From assembly GCA_964535965.1 (NCBI GenBank), contig CAZHWZ010000005.1:37-64036 (forward strand): a stretch of DNA of 64,000 nucleotides, read 5' to 3'. The DNA is from an uncultured Candidatus Bathyarchaeia archaeon. Its GTDB lineage: Archaea; Thermoproteota; Bathyarchaeia; Bathyarchaeales; Bathycorpusculaceae. Positions 55,975-64,000 of this stretch are shown here, one piece after another (position 1 is the stretch's first letter; each line of letters begins with the position of its first letter). A program made the position numbers and the translations under genes. The notes under the pieces are model-generated. The model made no database searches, was not told the origin of the DNA, and was given only the letters and a program-made list of their open reading frames with translations.

Positions 55975-56004
55975 AAAACGATAAAAACCACCATTTCATT
56001 ACGC

Positions 56005-57238
56005 TTGATAAACTTTAAAGTCGGAAACATGAGAGAGTTCAATTTGACTTCAATAAGGCTTCATAAAATTTTGAAGTTCGGCTTTCCTTTCGAAGTATTG
56101 AACAGAGACCTAAAACTTATTTTTGCCTCAAACCTTATAGGTTCTTTTGGAGACGGCCTATACGCTTATCTTTTACCTAACTACATGGCTGAAACCCTTA
56201 AGGCCAGTTCCGTGGAAATTGGAATGCTTTATGCCATAATGGGCCTAGTTGCGGCTCTAACATTGCTTGTGGCTGGAACGCTTGCAGACAAATATGACCG
56301 TAAAAAAATCATGATTGCCGGGTGGATTGCATGGGTGCCAGCGCCAATAATCTTCTCCCATTGCCGGAAACTGGCTTCAAATGCTGCCTGGAATGGTTTT
56401 ATGGGGTGTCTGGCTTGGTGGACCGACAGGCACAGCCTACATCGTCACAGCCGCACATAAAACCAAGTTGACTTTAACTTTTACAGCGATTTCAGCCGCG
56501 TATTCGTTTGGCTACATTTTTTCTCCAGCTTTAGGCGGTTATTTAGCTGGAACAAACGGGATGCGAACTGTTTTCTATGCGGCCTTCACCCTTTACGCTT
56601 TAGCTGGCTTCATATTGACCTTTATTAGCAGTCAACATGCGATAGGTTATACACAAAACTCTTCAGGGGAGAGTTATTCTTTCTTCACGCTTCTAAGAAC
56701 AAGAAAACTGCTAACACTGTCGATTTTCTTCGCCTCGATGATGTTCATTCTAATGCTTTTCCGACCCTTCGTTCCCAAGTTTCTCGCAGACATATATCAC
56801 TACAACTATTTCGAAAGAGGCATCTTAGGTTCAGTTTCCTTCTTCGGCTCAGCGGTTTTAGGAATTCTCTTAGGCAAGCTAGGAGACAAATGGAAAAAAG
56901 TGTATGCGCTTGCTGCTTCAATGATTCTATGTTGTGTTTCACTGGCGCTTCTTGTGTCATTTGGTAGCTTCCCAATATTAGTAATGACATTTTTCATAAC
57001 TGGAGGCTCATACGTGACATGGTCCTTGATGAGCGCTATCATTGGACCCCAAGCCCCAGAATCCATAAGGGCACGCTGGGTCTCCATACCTCAAACAGTG
57101 AGCATGTTCAGCTCGGTTATAGCACCCTACATTGGTGGAGTTCTCTACGAAGCCTCACCATACTATCCCTTCGTTATTGGAATAGGGATAACGCTCTTTC
57201 TTGCGTTATTAGCATTCACAAGACAATTTGAGGGATAA
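56005..57238 (+). pseudogene. MFS transporter interrupted by a frameshift at a C-run (about 56357-56359)
   Basis: ORF 56005..56460 reads ..GWIAWVPAPIIFS and then nonsense. The +1 frame continues (P)IAGNWLQMLPGMVLWGVWLGGPTG.. into ORF 56381..57238. Together they make a 12-TM MFS protein containing LADKYDRKK. Confidence 0.7.
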
Positions 57239-57281
57239 CGGAACTCTTATTTATGTAGGTGCTCGAATTTTCGTCTAGAAG

Positions 57282-58433
57282 GTGAAGAATATGGGCGAAT
57301 TCCATGAGCGTTATGTAAAATTCTCATCAGCCCTTCTCATACTACTATTTGCAGCTGGATTAATTGCAGGAGGAATAGTCAGCTTCTACATAACTTTTCA
57401 GCAAATTAACAGCTTAAAAAACGAAGTTTCAAACCTTAAAAACCAAGTCTCCAAACTATGGGGCTTCCAAAACATTACTTACCAAAATATAACGATCTAT
57501 CAAAACATCACAGCCCTATCAGAAATATACGAAAATGTAAAGGATTCAGTCGTTTTGATTCGTGGAAAGACGACAAACGGAGGAACTGTTCAAGGTTCCG
57601 GATTCGTATATAGCTTCTCAGGAACAATGGTTGTGATAACGAATTACCACGTTGTTCACGCAACAACGAACATAAGCGTGACATTTTCAAACGGAAATGG
57701 ATACAACGCTACAATAAATGGAACAGACCCCTACGCAGATTTAGCCATACTCTCAATTGACGCCCCTCAAGTTGAATTCAAACCCCTTGAGATTGTAGGT
57801 TCCTCAGCATTAAGGGTAGGCGACCCTGTAATAGCCATTGGAAATCCATATGGCTTAGTTGGCTCAATGACCACTGGTGTAGTAAGCGCACTAGGAAGAA
57901 CAATTACTGAGGAATATACTGGGGGCTTCGCAATAGCTAACATAATACAAACAAGTACGCCTATAAACCCAGGAAATTCTGGCGGTCCATTACTAAATTA
58001 TTGTGGCAAAGTTGTTGGAATAACAACAGCCATAGTTGCCGATTCTCAAGGCTTAGGCTTCGCAATCCCATCAAACACTCTACTTAGGGAAATATGGTCG
58101 TTAATCGAATACGGCACTTATGAAGGTCACTCATACCTCGGTGTGAAGGGAACAGACATGTCTTATGAAACAGCTCAAAAGATGGGTGTAAATGTAACCT
58201 ATGGCTGGATTATTGCTGAAGTTATATCGGGAGGGCCTTCTGATAAGAAATTGAAAGTTAATGATATAATAATTGCAATGAATGGTACTTTCATCAGAAA
58301 TGGCGATGATTTGGCAAGCTATCTTGAAGAAAAAACCCAGCCCGGGGACAGCTTAATTTTGAGCGTTGTAAGGGCAAGCTCAACATCGGAAGTAGCAGTG
58401 ACTTTGGGTAGAAGACCTCCTCCGCCTGTATAG
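57282..58433 (+). CDS. HtrA/DegP-type serine protease with TM anchor and PDZ domain
   Basis: Catalytic His (ITNYHVV), Asp (DLAIL) and GNSGGPLLN, plus a C-terminal PDZ-like segment. Confidence 0.85.
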   Translation: MKNMGEFHERYVKFSSALLILLFAAGLIAGGIVSFYITFQQINSLKNEVSNLKNQVSKLWGFQNITYQNITIYQNITALSEIYENVKDSVVLIRGKTTNGGTVQGSGFVYSFSGTMVVITNYHVVHATTNISVTFSNGNGYNATINGTDPYADLAILSIDAPQVEFKPLEIVGSSALRVGDPVIAIGNPYGLVGSMTTGVVSALGRTITEEYTGGFAIANIIQTSTPINPGNSGGPLLNYCGKVVGITTAIVADSQGLGFAIPSNTLLREIWSLIEYGTYEGHSYLGVKGTDMSYETAQKMGVNVTYGWIIAEVISGGPSDKKLKVNDIIIAMNGTFIRNGDDLASYLEEKTQPGDSLILSVVRASSTSEVAVTLGRRPPPPV

Positions 58434-58445
58434 ACTAGTATGATT

Positions 58446-58523
58446 TGGTGGGGCTGCCCGGATTTGAACCGGGGTCTAGAGAGCCCGAGTCTCCAAGCCT
58501 AGACCAAGCTAGCCGACAGCCCC
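58446..58523 (-). tRNA. tRNA-Pro (CGG), no intron, CCA encoded
   Basis: GGGGCTG TC GGCT AGCTTGGTCTA GGCT T GGAGA CTCGGGC TCTCT AGAC CCCGG TTCAAAT CCGGG CAGCCCC A CCA. Confidence 0.85.
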
Positions 58524-58617
58524 TCTTCTAACCACTCTTAAAGTCACACAGCCTAGAAAATCCTGAAACGTGAATTTAAAACATTCCCTTAAAATGTAAA
58601 CATGCATAACGGTTTTG

Positions 58618-58947
58618 TTATCGTTTTCTGACGCTGCACTGAAGCACTTTTGGGCATATTAGGCATTCATCTGGGATGGGCACATCCTTGGGAATGGAGT
58701 TTAGAAATCCGAAGTAATGGACGCATTTTGCTGGTGAATCAAAAACTTTTGGATACTCGGTTGACTTGACGCCGACGATTTTCATGTTTTCCACTATTAT
58801 GTCTAATTTTGACATGCAATAGGGGCACGCATAATATGTTTGCCTCGGTATTGTGGATGAATCGGTTAAAAGTGTTGGCTTCTCAAAGGATTTTCCGCAG
58901 CCCTTGTATGGGCACTTCAGTTTTTCGTGGATGTGGAATGAAGGCAT
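58618..58947 (-). CDS. Cys-rich zinc-finger-like hypothetical protein
   Basis: CPYKGCGKSF (C2H2-like start), CPYCMSK and CLICP pairs. 109 aa. Confidence 0.4.
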   Translation of the reverse strand: MPSFHIHEKLKCPYKGCGKSFEKPTLLTDSSTIPRQTYYACPYCMSKLDIIVENMKIVGVKSTEYPKVFDSPAKCVHYFGFLNSIPKDVPIPDECLICPKVLQCSVRKR

Positions 58948-59046
58948 AATTTATGCTTCCAATATACATCGTTAATATTAATATTTAATAAACATTTCTG
59001 TTCACACGTTCAACAAGAATACACATGCTCGACAATACTTATAAGA

Positions 59047-59120
59047 AGCCTCGGCTGGGCTTTGAACCCAGGACCTGCGGTTTACGAGACCGCTGCTCTA
59101 CCAAGCTGAGCTACCGAGGC
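59047..59120 (-). tRNA. tRNA-Thr (CGT), no intron, CCA not encoded
   Basis: GCCTCGG TA GCTC AGCTTGGTA GAGC A GCGGT CTCGTAA ACCGC AGGTC CTGGG TTCAAAG CCCAG CCGAGGC T. Confidence 0.9.
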
Positions 59121-59216
59121 ACCATTCCGCCTAATGAGTGAGGGAGAACAGATTTTTAAATCTTCGGAAATTGTGGTTCAATCGCCAATTTTAAAAGAGT
59201 TTGCATGTAATGTACT

Positions 59217-59495
59217 TTGGGAGAACTAATGGATTTGAGTTTACTGTCTCCGTGTAATGTTTACTGCGGTAACTGTGTCGTTTATAAGAAGGGTAAATGT
59301 TTGGGATGCGCAAGAGAGAGTGAAGAAGCTGGAGCTAAAGGAAAGGTGTTCTGTGATATTTACCTTTGTGCCAAAGAAAAGAAATTAACTGCGTGTTCTG
59401 ACTGTGAAAGTTATCCATGCGAAAAATACGATAAAGGAATCTTTTCCGAGGGCTTTATAAAATGGGTAAGAGAAAAACTGAAAGAATCACGATGA
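59217..59495 (+). CDS. DUF3795-like Cys-rich protein
   Basis: CNVYCGNCVVYKKGKCLGC...CDIYLCAKEKKLTACSDCESYPCEKY. Confidence 0.6.
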   Translation: MGELMDLSLLSPCNVYCGNCVVYKKGKCLGCARESEEAGAKGKVFCDIYLCAKEKKLTACSDCESYPCEKYDKGIFSEGFIKWVREKLKESR

Positions 59496-60487
59496 AAAGG
59501 CTGCATGAAGAATTAGGTGAACGAGAAATAATCGAAATCATAGAAAGTAATTTGGAAATGATGCCAAAAATGCCTGTTCCATTTGGAGATGATGTTTCTG
59601 CTGCGAACATAAGCGAAGATCAACTTGCTGTATTAAAGACGGATATGCTTGTCGGGAAGACAGATGTTCCGCCAGGCATGAGTCTTTGGCAAGCAGCCCG
59701 TAAAGCAGTTGTTATGAACGTCAGCGATTTCGCGGCGAAAGGTGTGGAACCCAAGGTAATACTTGCCTCGCTCGGGTTGCCTCGAAAATTAACAAGAAAA
59801 GATATAGAAGAGATTGGGAGAGGCATAAACACTGGAGCACGCGAATACAACGCATACGTTATCGGCGGAGACACAAACGAAGCCTCAGACCTCATAATTA
59901 GCCTTTCACTTCTCGGAATGACAAAAAAGAATAGGGTGATGCTACGGAGTGGAGCAAAACCCGGAGACCTAGTTGCAGTAACAGGATTTTTTGGCAAAAC
60001 TGCTGCTGGCTTAAAGATTTTGCTTGATGGTTTTAAGGCGCCACAAAAGATTCGTAAAGTTCTTGTTGAGTCTGTTTATATGCCTTGTGCACGGTTAGAA
60101 GAGGGTCTTGCCTTAAGCCAGACGAGGGCTGTTACCGCGTCCATTGATTCGAGTGATGGCTTAGCATGGAGCCTTTATGAAATTTCAAGGGCAAGTAGTG
60201 TTGGCTTCCTAATAAATAGGCTCCCAACAGCAAAAGAGGTGGAGAGATTCGCTAAAATCAATAATCTAGACCCACTGGAGTTGACGCTCTATGGAGGGGA
60301 GGAGTATGAACTTGTCTTAACCATAAAGCCTAGGCTTTGGAAGAAAGCCGAAAAGGCTGTTAGAGAGGTTGGTGGAAAACTTATGCCGATAGGAGAAGTG
60401 ACCGTTGAAAGGCATGTTCTTTTGGAAATTGATGATGAAAGGCGTGTCATTGAACCGCGGGGTTGGGAGCACTTTATAAAGCGTTAG
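59492..60487 (+). CDS. thiL: thiamine-monophosphate kinase
   Basis: LGEREIIEII...FGDDVSA, GGDTN and the AIR-synthase-related two-domain layout. Start at the internal ATG (MKRLHEEL). Confidence 0.8.
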   Translation: MKRLHEELGEREIIEIIESNLEMMPKMPVPFGDDVSAANISEDQLAVLKTDMLVGKTDVPPGMSLWQAARKAVVMNVSDFAAKGVEPKVILASLGLPRKLTRKDIEEIGRGINTGAREYNAYVIGGDTNEASDLIISLSLLGMTKKNRVMLRSGAKPGDLVAVTGFFGKTAAGLKILLDGFKAPQKIRKVLVESVYMPCARLEEGLALSQTRAVTASIDSSDGLAWSLYEISRASSVGFLINRLPTAKEVERFAKINNLDPLELTLYGGEEYELVLTIKPRLWKKAEKAVREVGGKLMPIGEVTVERHVLLEIDDERRVIEPRGWEHFIKR

Positions 60488-60523
60488 GATTTAATGGAAG
60501 GGAACTATACCTATAATTGAATA

Positions 60524-61594
60524 TTGATGTTTAACTTGACCGCTTATTCAACGGTTCGAGAAGCGCTATTCTATGAAAAAGTATCAGCTGGCAAGGTTAA
60601 GTGTAGCCTCTGTGAAAGAAGATGTGAAATTTCACAAGGCTCAAAGGGATTCTGCAAAACACGAGTAAATATAGGCGGCAGACTATACACGCTTGTTTAC
60701 GGCTGTATAAGTGCGATTGAGAGCCGCCCTATAGAGATAAAGCCATTCTTCCATTACTGGCCTGGTTCAACAGCCCTCACGTTTTCAACGTGGTCCTGCA
60801 ATTTTGACTGTGTTTGGTGTCAAAACTTTCATCTCTCAAAACGTGAACCAGAACCTGCCGAAGCCGTTTATTATCCGCCGGAGAAAATTGTTGAGCTCGC
60901 TATCTATAACGGTGATGCTGGTTTATGTGCGAGTTTTCAAGAGCCAACACTTCTGTCTGAATGGGCTATTCCGCTCTTCAAGTTAGGTAAAGATAAGGGA
61001 ATAAAGTATTGCTGTTATGTCTCAAATGGCTATATGACTTTGGAGGCTCTTAAGGCTCTTTATGAGGCTGGAATGGATGGACTTAAAATCGACATAAAAG
61101 GCAACAGCGAAGCCTATGAGAAATATTGTGGAGGTGCTGATGTGGAAAAGGTTTGGAGGAATGCCGCCGAGGCTAAGAGGCTTGGGTTGCACATGGAGAT
61201 TGTGAATCTTGTTGTTACTGGCGTTAATGATGACGAAGAAACCTTGAGGTGGGTTGTTGAGAGGCATTTGAAAGCGGTTGGTGCTGAAACTCCGCTGCAT
61301 TTTACGCGTTATTTTCCAGCCTACAAGTTTGACAACCCGCCAACAAGGGTTGAAACTTTGGAGAGAGCTTATGAAATGGCGAAGAAGGCTGGAGTGCTGT
61401 ATCCTTACATTGGGAATGTTTCTGGCCATAAATATGAGAACACTTATTGTTCGAATTGTGGAGAAAAACTCGTTAAAAGGTATGGGTATTACATACTTAA
61501 ATATGCAATTACTGAAAACAAAAAGTGTCCAAAGTGTGGGATACGGATTCCTTTAACGGGAGAATATGTTTCACATACGCGTTGGAAAATGTGA
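60524..61594 (+). CDS. AmmeMemoRadiSam-system radical SAM enzyme (PflA-like)
   Basis: CNFDCVWCQN (CxxxCxxC) and an N-terminal Cys motif CSLCERRCEI..GFCKTR typical of this subfamily. C-terminal CSNCGE..CPKCG. Confidence 0.8.
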   Translation: MMFNLTAYSTVREALFYEKVSAGKVKCSLCERRCEISQGSKGFCKTRVNIGGRLYTLVYGCISAIESRPIEIKPFFHYWPGSTALTFSTWSCNFDCVWCQNFHLSKREPEPAEAVYYPPEKIVELAIYNGDAGLCASFQEPTLLSEWAIPLFKLGKDKGIKYCCYVSNGYMTLEALKALYEAGMDGLKIDIKGNSEAYEKYCGGADVEKVWRNAAEAKRLGLHMEIVNLVVTGVNDDEETLRWVVERHLKAVGAETPLHFTRYFPAYKFDNPPTRVETLERAYEMAKKAGVLYPYIGNVSGHKYENTYCSNCGEKLVKRYGYYILKYAITENKKCPKCGIRIPLTGEYVSHTRWKM

Positions 61595-61930
61595 ACTTCA
61601 TTGGGCTTGTCGCTTCAGAGTTTCTCTAAGTGTTAGGTGAAGTCGCCTATTAGGGCGGTCCATGCTGGTGTTGCCATCGAGCCTAAAAGTGCTTGAGTGG
61701 CAAGCAAAATGAGGCTATTTAAGAGCTAATCGTGCCTATTTTATTGTCAATTTTGGTATTTCAACAATGTTCTAATATGTCAGTATTCTGTCATATTTTG
61801 CCCTTTGTAACTCTTCTTTTGCATGTTGATTTTTGCAGTTTTTGGGAGAAAATTTATATGTGGAAACTGTGGCTTTTATTTCAATCTCGTGTCGGGATGC
61901 AGAATTCTGGGCGAAAATTTTTGTATGGTT

Positions 61931-62233
61931 TTATATGTTTCGTTTTCTTTTGCGCTTTTTTACTATAGTTACTGTCCGTGGTTGGTTTAGTTGTCGGATT
62001 TGGGCGTTCGGAAATATCCGTTTAATCTCCCTTCGCAGCTTTGCGATGTCTACTTCTCCATAAGTTTTCACGTCGACTATAGGCTTTTCACCCTCATCAT
62101 AACTAACGGAAACCGTGTATCCTGAGCCGACTTCAACTTGTGTTGGCTCTAACACGAAACCTAACTCTTCAGAATCTGCCTCTACAAGACTTCCTGATGC
62201 ACGTTTAGTTTTCCTTTCTGACATGGTTGTCAC
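61931..62233 (-). CDS. hypothetical protein with basic C-terminal tail
   Basis: 100-aa ORF ending KKRKRKRNI. Confidence 0.35.
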   Translation of the reverse strand: MTTMSERKTKRASGSLVEADSEELGFVLEPTQVEVGSGYTVSVSYDEGEKPIVDVKTYGEVDIAKLRREIKRIFPNAQIRQLNQPRTVTIVKKRKRKRNI

Positions 62234-62316
62234 AGCTTTAGAAAGGAAAAGGTTGGGATTAAAGGGTTGTTATATTTGAATATGGATTATCAGTCCTTAG
62301 TTAATGATTATCTCTC

Positions 62317-62877
62317 TCAAGACACGTCTTTCCTGTCTAATAAGTAATTTAGGACGGTTATGCATGAAGCCGCTAGGTACGGTTGTTTTCCAAGCGAAAC
62401 CTTTTCGCCATATCGTAAAGCGAAGCCTTCAACCTTTTTAGGAAGCCCAACATGGTCTCCCAAAACGAAAACTGGGTTCTCGCCGATTTTAAATTCGAAA
62501 ATGTCTCTTCCGCCCTCTTCGAGAACATAGATTTGGGCTTCGTTCGCCTTAGCCTTCAATAGGGCTTCGAAGCTTGTTTTGGTTATGCTTATGCCTGGGT
62601 GCGGTTTTCCAGATAGGACTTTCTTTAGGATTTGCGTCCATGTTTGTTGGTCTGTGCGTACGCCGTGGAGGGTTGCGCCCTCGATTTTTAAGTGTAGAGG
62701 TGGCTGGGGTGGACCGTTTAGTATAGTGTGGAAAGTTGTGTGTTTACGGATAGCGTGGGATAGGAATAGGGTGGCGACTGCGCATTCGTATACTATGTCT
62801 AAGCGTCCAGCGTCGTGCAGGTTTGTCCAGTTTGAGTCCGTACGGCCCAAACGAGAGTAGAGGATGAATTCACGCAA
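62317..62877 (-). CDS. trmY: tRNA (pseudouridine54-N1)-methyltransferase TrmY (SPOUT, DUF358)
   Basis: MREFILYS...AGRLDIVYECAVATLFLSHAIR...NPVFVLGDHVGL is collinear with my recollection of the M. jannaschii TrmY sequence. Confidence 0.8.
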   Translation of the reverse strand: MREFILYSRLGRTDSNWTNLHDAGRLDIVYECAVATLFLSHAIRKHTTFHTILNGPPQPPLHLKIEGATLHGVRTDQQTWTQILKKVLSGKPHPGISITKTSFEALLKAKANEAQIYVLEEGGRDIFEFKIGENPVFVLGDHVGLPKKVEGFALRYGEKVSLGKQPYLAASCITVLNYLLDRKDVS

Positions 62878-62999
62878 TGCGCTTCCTCAGCAATAGTAAG
62901 GGAGATGCAGATTTAAATGTGGTTGAAGCATAGATTAACATAGAGTGGTTAACGGATGAGTTTGGGCAAGCCTACCGAGATGACTCTGCGGGACTCTTT

Positions 63000-63266
63000 T
63001 CAACGCTTGTAATCATTCCTTACATTTCTCCATCCTTTCGGAAAAATTTGTTTTAACTGTTCATAACAGTCTCTACACAAGGTTTCATGTTGTAGAACGG
63101 GTATCACATACTTCTTCCATTCTTCGTTTGATACTGTAAACATCTCTGGCCATTGTTCCCCACACGATGCACAAAGGTTGGGAGTAAGTATGTACGGTAT
63201 TCTGAATGGTAATTCAGTGGAGTTTTTGAAGCAACCACATGTTATTTTTAATCCAAGCCTCTCCAC
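63000..63266 (-). CDS. small Cys-rich hypothetical protein
   Basis: 88 aa. CGC..CASCGEQW..CRDCYEQL. Confidence 0.35.
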   Translation of the reverse strand: MERLGLKITCGCFKNSTELPFRIPYILTPNLCASCGEQWPEMFTVSNEEWKKYVIPVLQHETLCRDCYEQLKQIFPKGWRNVRNDYKR

Positions 63267-63320
63267 TGTTCCGAATGATTTAATTTTCAGAATGATAACA
63301 GTAAATTAGCACTAAATGGC

Positions 63321-63397
63321 GCCCCCGTAGCCTAGCTGGTTAGGGCGTTAGCCTTGTAAGCTGAAGGTCCCGGGTTCAAATCCCGGCGGGGGCTCCA
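63321..63397 (+). tRNA. tRNA-Thr (TGT), no intron, CCA encoded
   Basis: GCCCCCG TA GCCT AGCTGGTTA GGGC G TTAGC CTTGTAA GCTGA AGGTC CCGGG TTCAAAT CCCGG CGGGGGC T CCA. Confidence 0.9.
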
Positions 63398-63834
63398 TCA
63401 AACTCAACATTTTAATACACTAGAACACTAACAGTTAAAAAGAGAAACATGGACTCATCAATAATCTCAGAACTTCTAAACCAAGCCCACATATGGCATA
63501 AACAACATGCACCCAGACTTCTAATCAGGCTGAGCTACTGAGGCACACGCATATAGCAATCACAACATCAAAAATAAAAACCTTAGCCACACAAAGTCAT
63601 TATTAAAAACCCTTATAATCTACGACGCAACACTTATATGTGCGAAAGCCGCTTCAAAAATATTTTAGCGACTTAGTCAAAACCATGAAAATAGATGCAA
63701 CTCCCATCGAAAATGATGCAGAGTGAAGGGTAAAATGAGCCATAAAAGCTCATAATGACACCATGCACAAGCCAAACCAAAACACCACGTAAAGGTTTCA
63801 CCAAAACGTCAAACAGACACCGCCAAAAGGCCCG

Positions 63835-64000
63835 ACATGCCACGCCGTCTGGAGAATGGCTCGGCTTGAGAGCCGAAGAAGGGCGCGGCAAGCCGCGAAA
63901 GAGCCCCGGGTAGGCGCATGCAGCCTTAGAACCGGGGATTCCTCAATGGGACTTCCCACCATGGTTCTTCGGAACCGTGGTGCTCCCAAATGGGAGCGGG
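63835..64000 (+). rRNA. 23S (LSU) rRNA, 5' end only (start about +/-20 nt); continues beyond the window
   Basis: ..GGAGAATGGCTCGGCTTGAGAGCCGAAGAAGGGCGCGGCAAGCCGCGAAAGAGCCCCGGGTAGGCGCATGCAGCCTTAGAACCGGGGATTCCTCAATGGGACTTCCC.. matches the conserved 5' domain I of archaeal 23S rRNA (GGUGGAUGGCUCGGC..GAAGGGCG.GGCAAGCUGCGAUAAGCCCCGG..AAUGGG). An 11-bp hairpin with a UUCG loop lies at about 63958-63983. Confidence 0.8.

Noticed and set aside
63440-63480. CUGA-N9-UGAUGA on the minus strand as the D'/C' core of a C/D-box sRNA
   Set aside because: No flanking C box (RUGAUGA) or terminal D box (CUGA) at the expected spacing.
63673-63989. Minus-strand ORFs 63673..63891 and 63798..63989
   Set aside because: They overlap the 23S rRNA 5' domain and its leader. 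The sequence matches conserved rRNA, not coding sequence.
1-64000. CRISPR arrays, IS elements/transposases, selenocysteine or pyrrolysine recoding, inteins
   Set aside because: I saw no regularly spaced direct repeats, no transposase-like ORFs and no in-frame TGA or TAG inside otherwise continuous conserved genes. The only exception is the cbf5 TAA, which the BHB intron explains. No Hint/homing-endonuclease-like insertions were visible in Lhr, HdrA or the other large proteins.

Overview
Archaeal chromosomal segment with about 75 protein genes, 5 tRNA genes and the 5' end of a 23S rRNA. All functional calls come from motif recognition by eye on the supplied translations plus my own translation of unlisted frames; no database search was run.

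Main gene content:
- C1 and redox metabolism: an H4MPT-type module (fwdD-B-A-C followed by mch) and an HdrA-MvhD fusion next to a polyferredoxin.
- Cell division: a full Cdv locus (ESCRT-III paralogue, cdvA, cdvB, cdvC/Vps4).
- DNA repair: Lhr, NucS, Nre and MPG.
- Housekeeping: cbf5, rpl14e, purA, thiL, trmY and mobB.
- Transport: two APC permeases, an ABC system and a frameshifted MFS gene.

The combination suggests a TACK-type archaeon, possibly Bathyarchaeia-like. This is inference only.

Most notable observations:
1. cbf5 is split by an 18-nt insert containing an in-frame stop. The insert folds into a textbook bulge-helix-bulge motif, and its removal rebuilds the catalytic GTLDP motif.
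2. The conserved N-terminal 86 codons of cdvB have no ATG, GTG or TTG. An SD-preceded ATC is the best start candidate.
3. Three very divergent paralogues of a nucleotidyltransferase plus OB-like protein are clustered with a membrane protein and a wHTH gene.
4. Two giant secreted proteins carry cohesin and dockerin modules with an unusual Cys/His linker. They share duplicated promoter-leader and 3' ends, and the duplication includes a relic of the neighbouring M20 peptidase gene.
5. An integrase-bearing islet that looks A+T-rich abuts a 5'-truncated inorganic pyrophosphatase gene.
6. Two tRNAs contain introns, one at a non-canonical position, and the 23S rRNA has no 16S gene in the 9 kb upstream that the window shows.

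No CRISPR array and no IS transposase were seen.
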